64,000 nt of DNA from Raja brachyura (taxonomy: Eukaryota), in the NCBI GenBank assembly GCA_963514005.1, contig OY740796.1, positions 9,672,001 through 9,736,000 of the forward strand. The letters are read 5' to 3'. A program made the position numbers and the translations under genes. The notes under the pieces were generated by a model that was not told where the DNA came from, did no database searches, and was given only the letters and a program-made list of their open reading frames with translations. Position 1 is the stretch's first letter, and the number at the start of each line of letters is the position of its first letter. Shown one piece after another: positions 36,801 through 49,550 of this stretch.

Positions 36801-37879
36801 CGTTCCTTAGAAATGCAACTTTCCTAATAATCACCGATATACATAAAACACTGGTGAGTATTTTAACTCCAGGATGGAACAGGTAGGCAAAAGGGATCAC
36901 CTGTTCCTGCTGGCAATAGACTTAGTTTACTCCTAAACCTTTACCTTGTCAACAGTGACTACCAAATGAACATCAGCCCAATTAACATTAGATAGCCCAG
37001 AACCAATCCAGCAAGATGGTAAGTAGACAGGTTGCCATGAGGATGGATTGAAATTAATCGAACTGGGAATGGTGAGGGAGGTGGAAGCTGACACGCCGAT
37101 TAGTACGTTATACTTTTGGAAGCTACAACAGCTCACCTCGATCACACAAAAATAAATGTTGCTTATATTTGCCCAGATCCTGCAAATCCCATGCACAACA
37201 TTGGACTGTAATCTAAATCAAGGTTTGAGGCTCGGAACTGACTCAGACAGGCACCGATACATTTCAGCAGAAAGCCAGGAAAAAATGCATTTAAGCATTA
37301 GCTGGACAGTAAATGGTGCACAGCAATTTTAACTCGGCTTCTCTCTCAGTTCTAACAAGCAGGCCAAGTTAAAATTGGCCATCCTATTTCAGTATGCTGG
37401 GTATTAGCACACATTGCCATAGTCCCATGCTAATAAGCAATCTCAGTTGACAGCTTTAACTATCATTCATGGAGAATTCCCCAGTGTTTGCCTTGGGTCT
37501 GTTGGATGCAATGATTCCAAATACTGGACTCATTCCACGTGAAGAGGAAAAAAGTGCCAATGGAGTAAAAAGTTCATCCAACAAGCTTCACCTCTTGTAC
37601 TTTCCCATCTAAAAGAGGAAGCAAACGGAGTAAATGAAAAAACGGGAGACTGGCAAATAAGAAATGTGCTACTGAGGAAGTAGGAAGAGCTATGAAGGAA
37701 AAATCTTGGAATCAGACCATAGTGTGCAGATACAAGTCTCTGGTCCAAACCTCTGACAGTATTCTTAATAGATAACAAAGTGAAACTATTTTTATTCTAA
37801 ATTTAAAAGTATTGCATTCTGTTAACCTATTCATCTCTGCAACATAATGCAGATGAAACATTAAAATGATACATGCATT

Positions 37880-39620
37880 TGGAATCATAGAGCACAGAAA
37901 TTGATCCCTTACCCCAATTTATCCATGTTGACCAGAATGTCCATCTGAGCTAGTTCCATTTCCTCACATTTGATCTATTTCCCACCAAACCTTTGCTATC
38001 TATTGATTTGTTCAAATGTCTTTTAAATGTGTCTGTTGTACCTGCCTCAACCACTTCATCTGCCATGTACCATCCTCTGTATGACAAGGTTGTCCCTCAG
38101 GTTCCTATTAAATCTTTCCCCTCGTCATACATCTGTACCCTCTAGTTCCCGATTAGTCAACCCTGGTGATAAAAAGACAATGAACATTCACCATATCTGT
38201 GCCCCTCCTGATTTTATACACCCGTAGGGGATCACCCCTCACTCCTATCCTCCAAGGAAAGAAGTCTTAGACTGATGATGAAGGTTCTCAACCTGAAACA
38301 TCACCCATGCCTTCTGTCCAGAGATGCTGCCTGTCCCGCTGAGTTACTCCAGCAGTTTGTGTCTACCGAGCCAAAAGCTTTCTTCATCACTCCGCCTACC
38401 TGTGGCACCACACCCAGGGAACTGTGTGGTTGTACTCCCAGGTCCCCCTGTTTAGTTTAGTTTAAGATATACCTTTTTAGGCCCTGGAGATTCATCCAAC
38501 TTCATACATTTTAAGGCATCCAGCACTTTCTCCACTGTAATGCATACTATCCCCAAGGTCACTCCACTAACTTTCCTGAGTTTCCTCATCTTTATGTCTT
38601 TCTCCATGCCCAAATACAGAGGTGAAATGTTCATTGAGGACCTCACCCACACCCTGGAGCTTTGCACATAGATGTCCACTTTGGCTTTCGAGGGGCCATC
38701 CTCTCGACCTAGTTACTCTTTTAACCTTGGTACACATAAAATCTCATTGGATCCTCCTTACTCTTGTCTGCCAAAGCTTTCTCATGCCCTCCCAATTACC
38801 TGCTGAAATATACTCCAGCATTTCCTATACATTTCTGGAGATCCACTTGATCCCGGCTGCCTGTTTGCATCTTTTTTTCAGTCCACAGCTTCTAACCAGG
38901 GTTCCCCACTGCCAGCCTTGCCCTTCACTCTAATAGGAACATGGAGACCTTGAACACTCACAATGTCACTTTTAAAAGCCTCCCACTTGTTTAATACCCA
39001 TTTGCCCACAAACAACTTACTCCAATCAACTTTTACAACTGCCTGTCAAATACTAAGCTGCACATTGGCACAGTTGTTAGAGCTGCTGCCTCACAGTACA
39101 AGATACCTGGGTCCCATCCTGACCGGCTGCTGTCTGTGTGGAGTTAGCACGTTCTCCCTGTGACCAAATCAGTTTCCTTTGGGTGTTCCAGTTTCCTCCC
39201 ACATTCCAAAGACATACTGGTTTGTAGATTAACCTACCTCTGCAAAAACTGCCCCACTAACATGTAGGGAACGACTAGATAGTGAGATAACAAACAACTA
39301 GTGTGAATGGGTAATCAATTATTGGCGAGAACTCAGTGGGGCTATTTTCACACTATATCTCTAAGCCATCAAAATTCACCTTGCCCCAATGTAATAAAAC
39401 CTGTGCAGCAGTTCTGCTCTATTCAATACCTATTTGACAACTAATAGAACTATTAGTCTTGAAGTACACCCTCACTGACCCCTCAGTACTTGCTTTGCCC
39501 TGTTTCCCAAGAGTAGTTCAAGTTTTGTCATCACCCTGGTAGGGCCTTTTATATATTACCTGAGGAAACTTTCCTGAATACACGCAAAACAAATTCCACC
39601 CCATCTAAGCCCTTTATTAA
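37880..39620 (-). mobile_element. Cluster of degenerate CR1 fragments interrupted by a Penelope terminus (~38270-38370) and an HE1 SINE
   Basis: CR1 UTR at 37880-38270. ITVEKVLDALKCMKLDESPGP at ~38480-38550. DGVEF..CIQESFLR.Y at ~39540-39610. Confidence 0.7.
39058..39365 (+). mobile_element. HE1-type V-SINE
   Basis: TGGCACAGTTGTTAGAGCTGCTGCCTCACAG..GGGTCCCATCCTGACC..GTCTGTGTGGAGTTAGCACGTTCTCCCTGTGACC..TTTCCTCCCACATTCCAAAGAC. Confidence 0.85.
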
Positions 39621-40224
39621 AGAACAAATGGTAATTTGTTTTTAATCCAGATTTTTCAAGAATAGTTTAAATTGCAACAAAAAAATGTTCCCCTCCCTCC
39701 TCCTTTTCCAAATAAATTTGGCTAAAACCTGAAGTGCACCAAGTGAGTTTGAATGAGTTATTTCAAGGAGAATCAATCTTCATAAACCACATAGAATTCC
39801 TAATTCGTTTATTCTTCGTTTATTCTTAAAAAGCTGGAATTTTTTTAATTATTTGCCTGATAATATAAAAATCCTAAGCAATTCTAAAAAAACAAGCAAA
39901 ATTGGTAAGATATTCCTGTTAGAAAAAAGGTTCAGATATACACATTGACAGACATAAGGTGCCAAGGTAAAATCTACATAGCTTTTCTTATTTTATCTTA
40001 GAGCTTCAAGCCAGATTATTCATATGTTAAATTATTATAACCTGTGCTGCAGTAAACCTGATGTGTGCACTTTTCTATAATGCATTTAGCAAACGCATCA
40101 AGCATCTCTGTTGAGGTCAGACCACAGTGCTACCTGACAACCACAAATTGTCCAAAAATAGTAAATGAAGCTTAACTAACCTATTGCCTCCTTTCACAGA
40201 AACCAAGAACCTAAAATATATTCA

Positions 40225-40710
40225 AAGGCCTGGCCCACTTGCATGCGATTGTATGCGTTTGGCGTGACCAAACGGAAGAGGAGTTTGCGCTAAGTTTGCA
40301 GTAAGTACGTGCTAAGTTCGCGCTAAGTTCGTGCGTGACGTAATTCACGTCATACTCACCAATCAGCTGGGCAGGAAGCGGGCTGACTCAATTTGGGCGT
40401 CGCACGGCGTCGGGCGGTGACGTCATCGTGCAATGCCACGCGCTAGGCGTACGCCGTCAAGATGCTGCGTACGACGTCAAGACGTTGCGTACGCCCTCAA
40501 TGCGCCTGCGGGCCGACAGGCCGCTGGCGCGTGAAATGTTCGGACAGTGCGGGATTTTTGGAGCCCCGCGCGATGTCAGGACCAGCCCCGCACAACTCCA
40601 TACGCCTCCGCACTTGGAAGTGGGACCGGCCCGGCGTGGCCCGTATGCCTCCAGCGACCACGTTTGGTCGCGCCAGATGCATGCAATCGTGTGTAAGTGG
40701 GATAGGCCCT
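40225..40710. mobile_element. Non-autonomous DNA transposon (MITE), probably PIF/Harbinger
   Basis: ~50-bp imperfect TIRs: AAGGCCTGGCCCACTTGCATGCGATTG..GACCAAACG and CGTTTGGTC..CAATCGTGTGTAAGTGGGATAGGCCCT. CpG-rich. The TNA-like flanks are not identical (TCA vs TGA). Confidence 0.85.
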
Positions 40711-42279
40711 TGACTCTGTTCTAAATCATGCAAACTCCTCTTGCTGAATTTATGAATTAATCTTATCTCACTTCCTGGACCTCAATATCTTTAATAATTG
40801 TTTGACTAATATTCTATAAATATAGCAAGTTATTTACAAAAATGTAGACCGGGGGAAATGGTATGCATTCACTATTTGTTGAGACACAAAGCAGTCACAA
40901 TGAATGTATTATTTTCTGCTCTCAATCTCGATCACATTGGAAGTTACTGTTTTGAACCATCCTCGTCTGAAAGCAGTAATTTGGATTAGAGAATCCAACT
41001 GACAGAAGGGAAGTGTAACTGTTTCAGAACTCTTCAATAATATTTGTGGAGCACCCATATTCTGAACGATATTTCCAGATTGCAATCACTTGTCCACGAA
41101 GGGATCAGTAGAAAACAAAGAAAAGGTCAATAAATGTTTTGAACTGAAGGTTCTGAAGGTATGTGGAGGTGGCCAGGAGGAGGAGGGAGATTCATGGATG
41201 GCTTGTGACCATGTCCCCCATTCTCCAATCCACCATCTCAGCCAGTAGTGCTATTACCAAACTACTTTTAGCAACAGACATGGAAGGCCTTCACTGACAT
41301 CACCACTGACCAAGCTGACTAAAGTTCTTATATAGATAGAGGGGAAGATATAACACAGAAAAATCCAAGTAGCATGCTGATAAGTCAGGTGATCAGTGGC
41401 ACAGCCAACAAATCAGATCAAAGCTCCAAGGACCTGCTATATATGTTATGCATGGTAATGGATAATTCAACAACTAGTAAGAAGAGGACGCTCTGCTAAC
41501 TTTCGTATCTTCAGTGATGGCAGAGCCAAGGAAGAATAAATGAAAGATGACAAATAAAATATTTGAACTCATTTTTGGACATAAATTTTAAATTGCAATC
41601 TATTACAATCTCTTTCTGAAGGGATGTATATTGTTCTCTCGAGGTCTTTAGAAAATTAATTCCATACAATCTCAAAACTAGCTACAATACAGCTGTTTGC
41701 AAAATGTAGCCCTATCTCTCTATAAATCATCCCCTTACAACTTGGGTATCCATCCACTAAAATGTTAAATTACCCAATTAATAGTAGACCAAATCCACAA
41801 TAGTCAATTCCCCCTTCGTCTATACTCTAAATAGAAAGAAGGACATTTTCATCAATCATGCAAATAAGGGGCATTTACTAACCGCTAATGCTCGCCAATT
41901 CATTCCCAGACCTCATTGTACCCTTGATCCAAACATGGTGAATAAGTCATTACCAAAGATGAAATGACAGCAATTATCCTTCACATTTAGGCATTATTTC
42001 TCAAAGAGTCTCAGTAAGGACCCTGAGGAAAATTGAAGTCAATGAGAATTATCTATTGCCTCCCTATGTTGCATCCAAGTGTTGATGGTGAAGTCTCGGG
42101 GGAGAAAAGAGATGAGTCACTTAATGTGGATAACCTATTTGTGATCTATTTTAGTGACTGTGACAACTCCCAAATCCACAAGTTCTACCATCTAGAGAGT
42201 TTAGGTGTTTAGGACGTAACCATATACAAGTTCTCACCCAAACACCTACAAGCCAGTCAGCGTTACGGAAAATGTTAGA

Positions 42280-42945
42280 AATTATAAGTAGGGACATTAC
42301 TAGTTATCATTTGGACTAGCGTGGGTGGATGAGTGAAAGCAAGCAAGGATTTCTTAAAGGGAAATTGTGTTTGATTAACTTGATTGATCGATTGTGATGA
42401 GGTAAAGTTAATGGGGAAGAGCATTGATATATTGTATAAGGACTTTCAAAAGCCATTTTAAAAAGTGCCACGTAAAAAGTTAATCATCAAGACTAATGAA
42501 AGAGAATTGGAGCAGTATGGATCGAAAATGAGTTAAATGAACTCAGGGATCTGTGCAGTGATGTTCCCCAGGTCTCAGTGGAGCCACATACTCAATCACA
42601 GACCTATACAGCATGGAAACAGATCCTCCAAACCAAATCATCCATGCCAACCAAAGCTCGGATGCAAAACTTTAATATCAGAGATAAACATTTAAAGGAG
42701 ATGTATGGGACAAGTTATTTTTACACAGAGATAGATGGGTGCACGCAACACACTGTCGGGGGAAGTGGTAAAAGCAAATATATTGGTGACATTTAAGAGA
42801 CCTTTAGATTGGCACTTGTATAAGCAGGGAATGGGGGGATGTGGATCACATGCAGGCAGAGGAAATTAGTTTAACTTGGCATCATATTCAGTGCAGACAT
42901 TGTGGGTCGATGGACCTGTTTCTGGGCTGTGCTGTTCTATGTTCC
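42280..42945 (+). mobile_element. Degenerate CR1 RT fragment plus CR1 3' tail
   Basis: GFLKGKLCLINLID..DIVYKDFQKPF remnant and tail GTGGGTCGATGGACCTGTTTCTGGGCTGTGCTGTTCTATGTTC. Confidence 0.65.
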
Positions 42946-42949
42946 ACAA

Positions 42950-43470
42950 AGTATACATTATAAACAGTATATATAAAATGATGATAAATACAATAATAAA
43001 TGCAATGATTACTGCAAAACGGCAGACTTGTGCAAAATTGTCATGCAAACCGCAAACAGTACAAAAGAATAAAGCAGTACAATAATGGAATAAACATTGA
43101 GGTAGAGTTAAGAGTAGGAGTACATGGCAACACCTCAGGGAAGGAAGTATAAAAGAGGTGGTTAGTTCAGGAGTTGAATAGTAGTGGGGAAGAGGCAATT
43201 TTTCAATCTCCTGTACCTTCTCCCAGAAGGTAGAAGAGAAAAGAGAATGGCCTGGGTGGCAAGCATCCTAGACAATGCTTCCAGCTTTGCTGATGCAACA
43301 TATTGTGAAGATGGACTGAATGGAAGGAAGTGATGAACATGTGATGGACTGTGCTGTGTTCAGCACTCCCTGTAGGTTCAGATGTTCAAGAGCAGAACAG
43401 CTTCTGTACAAACTGAGATGCATCCAGTCAGAATACTTTCAGTAGTGCATCTGTAGAAACACAACATATG
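42950..43470 (-). mobile_element. Rex1/Babar-like LINE 3' fragment
   Basis: FYRCTTESILTGCISV and HPGHSLFSLLPSGRRYR remnants. Confidence 0.7.
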
Positions 43471-44114
43471 GAAGTGTTGTGAACTGCGAAGGGGATGGTA
43501 ATAGACTTGAAGAGGATATAGACTAAATGGCATTTGATGATATATAAAGCAAGATGTCATGTTTTGGAAGAATGAAGAGAAGCGATGTAAACGAGGACAC
43601 AATCATAAAAAGGGATCCAGGGGCCAAAGGAGATGTGGAGGTACATATGCATAAATCATTGGAAATAACAGGTCAGGGTGAGAACGCTGTTAAAAGATTC
43701 TCAAGAGAACATGTGTTTTATTAATAGAGGCATCGAATCAGTCAAGCCGACTTTTATAAAAGAAAATCACAAAGTTGCAAATGCTGGAAGTCTGAAATAG
43801 AGACAGAAAATACTAGATGCACTCAGCAGGTCAGGCATTATCTGTGGAAAGTCAAAGACCCTTGGTCAGAACTTTAACAGCTCTTGAATTCCAAGATCCC
43901 TCCAGATCTTCCTCTTCATCACTTTCCTCCAAATGACAATTCTTTATTAGCTGTTCATGGAATATGGAATATGGACTGTGGAATAAATCGCCCATTTCCA
44001 AACCATCTAGAACATTCCATCTGTTATAATTATAAAATACTGATTCTGTCACAACTGCAATGTATGTCCACTTCTGGACACCACATTTTAAGAACGATGT
44101 GAGCATGCAGTAGA

Positions 44115-44420
44115 GTTAACACTGAAACAGGCTCTGTAGCCCAGTAAGTCCACGCAGATCAAACACCCCTTCACATTACTCTTACATCTACACAACTTTT
44201 TATTCTCACCAAGTTCTCCCCCCAGATTCTACCACTCACTGACACTAGGGACAATCTAGAGTGACCAATTAACCTACCAACCCACACGTCTTTGAGCAGT
44301 GTGAAGAAACCAAAACGGAGGCAACGCATGTTGTCAGAAGAAGGCTGTGCAACCTGCATACGGAGAGTGCCCGAGCATGGGCACTGTGGGGTGGCTGTTC
44401 ATCCATCAGCACCATTGTGC
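44115..44420 (-). mobile_element. HE1-type V-SINE (degenerate)
   Basis: CCAATTAACCTACCAACCCACACGTCTTTG core, similar to 34380-34420. Confidence 0.7.
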
Positions 44421-44746
44421 AGTGGGCCTTTCATTATGTACGGAGATTGAAGAAGCTGGTGTTGTTCCTGAGAAAAGAGGTGGTCTCAAGAACCGAAGAA
44501 TGTTGAATGAAGGTGAGTGGCTAAAGAGCCGAGCCAAAAGAGATTTTTTTTTTAAAGGCAGTGAAATATTAAGATGTAAAATATATTGAACGATTGGTAG
44601 CTGAAGAAAGGTGGAGGCAATTAATTAGTTGCATTCAATGATGAACTGTACAAGATACTTTTTTTTTCAATTTTGAAAATGAAAACAAATTTGCGGAGCT
44701 ACAGAGTAATTGGACTAGTTGGCCTGCTCTTGTTTTGAGTTAGATG

Positions 44747-44950
44747 GACACAAAAAGCTGGAGTAACTCAGTGGGAAAGGAAACATCTTGGAGAGAAGGA
44801 ATGGGTGACGTTGTGGGTCGAGACCCTTCTTCTTCTCGACCCGAAATATCACCCATTCCTTCTCTCCAGAGATGCTGGCTGTCCTGCTGAGTTACTCCAG
44901 TTTTTTTGTGTCAATTTTCAGTTTAAACCAGCTTCTGTTGTTCCTTCATA
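44747..44950. mobile_element. Palindromic Penelope-terminus element
   Basis: GACACAAAAAGCTGGAGTAACTCAG..GAGAGAAGGAATGGGTGA / TCACCCATTCCTTCTCTCC..CTGAGTTACTCCAG..TGTGTC. Confidence 0.8.
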
Positions 44951-47900
44951 CATACTTGTATTGAGTTAGCCCAATTGTGATGGGCGGAATGGCAGCAATC
45001 TCTGCCTCCTTGTAATCCAGTAACGGCAACCTCCACTGTTGCTGTATCAAAAACCGAGAATTCCCCACTTATCAGTGCTGTGGGAGTTACAAAAATATTG
45101 CAGATGCTGTACTCTTGAGCAAAACACAAAGGAGTGGAGGAACTCAGCTGGCTGGAATAAACCCAAAATGTTGTCTGTTCATTCCCTCCATAGATGCTGC
45201 CAGACCCACTGAGTTCCTCCAGTTCGTGTTTTGCACTGTGGTCTTACCTTCATCGTCCCTGGCAGATGTGGTTCTTACTACTACCACCTCGTGGATATTT
45301 AGGGATTCCTAATAAATGCTCATCTTGCCATGATTTCCTCAACCGATAAAGATTAATTTAATATCTTATATTTTCTACACAATTATTGAGTTAATGTGCA
45401 TGGCCCAATTTTAGTAGATCCTCGTGCACTAGGGTTGTACATTGTTTTTCATCTTTCCACAATGATACTAGTTTTCCTTTGGATCAATTTTATTGCTTTC
45501 ATTCTTTTAAAGTAACAGCTAAATGAAATGGCACTCCTGAAAACAAGTTTATTAAGGTCATTAATTATACTGAACATTTCAAGAATTCTATTAGCTTTAA
45601 AATAGTTATAGATAAAGACTGGGCGGGGTGCGTTAAAATTCTGAACTTGAACAAGTCTAACTTTGCTGATATCAGTCAGGAACTTGTGAAAGTTGATTGG
45701 ACTTGGTTGTTTGCGGCCAAAGGGACATCCATACTGTGGGATGATGAGAGTTCAAGGCAAGAATGTTCCTATTAGACTGGACAAAGCAGGTGGGTCGAAG
45801 GAAGCTTGGATGGTGAGAGAGATTTTAGTACTGGTCTGAAAAGACAAGGAAGTATGGGCCACGTAAAGGAAGTTTGGATCAAGTTTATCCCTGGAGAAGT
45901 TTCCTGATATTGATGTGACATTGTGGTCAGCGTGGACAGGTTGGCTCGAAGGGTCTATTTCCTTGCTGTACGAGTCAATTACTATAATATAATATTATGT
46001 CAGTACTATGGATATTAAATTGTTAGTGCTCTTAATGCTAATCAGATATTATTTAGTAATTTATGTTATATTTACAGAATACAAATTTACAGTTGCAGAA
46101 TTCCTCTCGTGATTTCAACCAAACGGCAATACCTTTGCCAAATAGTGATATTTAAATACCACGCAGGATTGTCAGAACATTTTTGCTCAAATTGAAACAA
46201 TAACCGTCCGAATCAGAAGCAAGAAGAACTTCTTTGTTTTTAATACTTTTCCATTTTCTGTACCAGCTCGAATCTTAAAGGACAACATTTCATGTAACTC
46301 CTCGTGATAATTATGGATTTAATAACTTACACTGCTAACAATATTTTGTTTTATGTATCACAACACAGGAAGGAGGCCATTCACCACATACGGTGAATGT
46401 CAATTCCTAGCAGAATCATCCAGTCATTCCCACTGCCCATCTTCCCACGACCCTCTACCCCTGAAACTCACTCTCTCTCACATGCCTATCATTGCTCCCT
46501 TCATCTTTTTTTATCACTACACAGTACTTTGCTCATAATCAGGAATGTGTAAAATAGGTAAATGTGTCATTTTTGATAGTTCTCGTGGTTTGAGTATTTT
46601 TGACTGTGGCCATTATTTTCAGAACATCTGACTTGAGGAGGGGAGTTAAATGCAGCAGGCAGAGTGTTGAACCCTGCCCAATCACACTAGGTGTACAACA
46701 TGCACACAACTAACCACCAATGGTTTAAAACTCTGCTACTGAAACTCAATTTTAACAAGGATTCCATTAAATGATACCGCAGCTTGTTGCAATGTAACGT
46801 ACTCCACATAACTCTTCCACAAATATTCCTTGACAGATCATTGGGACTTTGCACAGTCAGGAAAAATAATTTGGTCAAATGTTCTGGTAATCATTTTTGC
46901 CTTTGTAGACTAGCATAAATTATCGGCCAAAACTGTTGGTTTCTGCAAGCCAGTCAAGACCATACCCTCCTTGCATAAACTCTGTTTCTATAGATTCTGC
47001 CTTCAAGAAAACTACATATAAATGTAGGCACAAATATTAAATTATGTTTACTGATTTTGTAGCTGTACCTATCAACCTTACTGTCTGATTGCCTAAGTGC
47101 AAAACCACATCAGCCTTTGAGGAATGAAGGGATCAAATATCCATCTAGAAAGAAATCCACCATCCTTTACTGAACGTCTAAATGTATCTCCAGACCCAAG
47201 AAGTTTCAACAGATCTCTGAAACGTCTTAGCAAGTCACCCTATTCAAGGACCACCCATGATTAGAAATCAATGCTTGTCCGATCATTGGCACCCATATCC
47301 CATGTACAAATGTAAAAAAACTAATTTCATTTTGCTTAGCAAGAAGATATGAAATCTGATGATTTATTCACCTCACATTAAATCCTAACAGAAACCCTGC
47401 TTATTCAGGTATCGCAATTTACTGTTGCACAATGGAAGCTGCTCTGGCTGGTCCAAATCCCGAGTTAATGAAGCACCCTCTCGGTTTGAGTCTAGGATAT
47501 GAATCAAAAATGTTGCATGTAGGAACAAAGATTCCTGAACTTCAGGGTAAAGAGGATCCAATCAAAGTTAGCAGTTTTAACTCAGTTTACATTGTTTGAG
47601 CGACCTATCACTCGGCTTTCTGGTGAATTGGAGATGAGGATGGGATATATGGCAGAAAATGTTCCGTGCCTGACCTTCAGGAATATGTATAGAGGCGACT
47701 TATTATGGCAGATCGGGGTAGGTCAGATAACAGCTCAAAAAATAGAAAATGAATGTGCAATTGATGTGGCCTAGATAATACTCTGATCATCTTTAACTTG
47801 ATGTGTGACATTGAACATGCATTTATTGACCACAATCTGAAGTTATCAACTCAAAAGTTGTGTTAATTAAAATAAATGATTCTTATTCTTATACATTGAC

Positions 47901-48469
47901 ATGAAGATAATAATAAGGGATACATCTACCTGAAAATGTGCAAATTTGCAGATATTTCACTATTCAAAAATCTCAAACAAACAATCAATGGAATTCAATG
48001 AAAAGATAATAGGTGGGAAAAATAAACAGAAGCATGAAATATTTGAAATTGGTATTGGAGATAAAAGATTGGGTTAATACAGTAGATAATTAGTTGGAAG
48101 GCAGAATTAATTAATTGTTCATCTTTCATTTCTGAGATCAAATCTCAAGGTCTGCATTGCATTTTACTATAAAAACATCACTCGGGGCAACAGGTTAAAT
48201 GTTTCATATGGACCTGATCTGTTCTTACTCCATCTCATTGCATCATCTAGCTTTCTAATTCCTTTAGTCATCATGTATAGTTTCCCCTAAAATATACCTG
48301 TCCATCTCATGTTTTTATATGCATTCCATCATAAACCTGTAATGGCAAGCTCCTGATTCAACTTTCCCAATGCAGATAGCATAAAAGTCTCTTCTCTCTG
48401 CTGGATATTCTTAATCCTGCTTCCTGTGAAGGCATTCCCACATAAGGCATTGCCAGAAGAAGGCCGCAT

Positions 48470-48800
48470 TTTTCATCAAGGATCCAGCTAATGCCCTCTT
48501 CTTGCCATTATCATCAGTCAGGAGGTACAGAAGCCTGAAGTCCAATACCACCATGTACAGGAACAGCTACTTACCTACGACCATCAGGTTTTTAAACCAA
48601 CCTGCGCAACTCTAATCTTACCTTGACAATGGAACACGACAAACCACCTCTTGCTCTACCATGGACTTGTCTTATAATTCTATTTTGCGGCTCCATCTTG
48701 TGGAATGTGTTTAATTATGTATAATTTAGATTTACCGGTACCTCACCATACTCCTGTATATGCCAATAAACAAGACAATAACGTCGGTTTGACTTGACTT
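48470..48800 (+). mobile_element. Rex1/Babar-like LINE 3' fragment
   Basis: IKDP..ALFLPLSSVRRYRSLKSNTTMYRNSYLP, followed by an AATAAA..TTGACTTGAC tail. Confidence 0.7.
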
Positions 48801-49344
48801 TTATAGAAATGTCAACTTCTTCCTCTGAGATTACTTAAAGGCTTTTTGTTGGAGAATGGAATAATTGTGGATGCTGAAGATGAACCAGGATGGAAGAGCA
48901 CAGAGAAAAGGGATTCTTTGCGTATTCTGAGCAGAGAAGGTACTATATCAATCATTACCTTTTTTGAAATGGTGATCTGAAAATAGATTGTGCAGCATTG
49001 TGTGCACATAAGGTGAGAAAATATAAATTTCCCAGAACTAATATTTTGCACTTCCAGTGGCACAAGATTTATATATTTTTTAAAGGCTTTCAAAATAAAA
49101 GTTAATAAAATTGGTTAATATTCAATGTGAGATACTCTGGGAAAAATATGCCAATTGGATTAAAATCAGGGCTAGAATAAAAGGAGGCTAGAGTCTCAAG
49201 GACAGTATGTGGAGTGTGGGAGAGAGTGGGTTTATGCTGAAAACATCAAGAAACAATTGACAGGGCACCCTACCCACTATTTCATCCAAAATGTAATCTG
49301 CCAGTATGATAATTTTTTTTCACATTCCTGCCTCACTTGAAGGA

Positions 49345-49550
49345 GATAGACACAAAAACCTGGAGTAACTCGGCGGGACAGGCAACATCTCTAGAGAAAA
49401 GGAATGGGTGACGTTTCGGGTTGCGCCCCTTCTTCAGACTGGTTAGGGATAAGGGAAACAAGAGATATAGACGGTGATGTGGAGGGATAAAGAACAATGA
49501 ATGAAAGATATGCAAAAAAGTAACAATGATAAAGGAAACAGGCCATTGTC
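49345..49550 (-). mobile_element. Penelope-like 3' UTR/pLTR fragment with a hammerhead-like motif
   Basis: Same family as 27470-27620. Minus strand reads AGTCTGAAGAAGGGGCGCAACCCGAAACGTCACCC. Confidence 0.8.
49405..49441 (-). ncRNA. Minimal type I hammerhead ribozyme-like motif (Penelope-associated)
   Basis: CUGANGA core, GGG/CCC stem II, GAAA and CGUC cleavage context. Stem I is weak, so activity is unproven. Confidence 0.5.

Noticed and set aside
36355-36810. 151-aa ORF
   Set aside because: Lies within a GC-rich repeat fragment and shows no domain signature.
46715-46985. Possible ancient conserved repeat
   Set aside because: Could not be assigned to any family without a database search.
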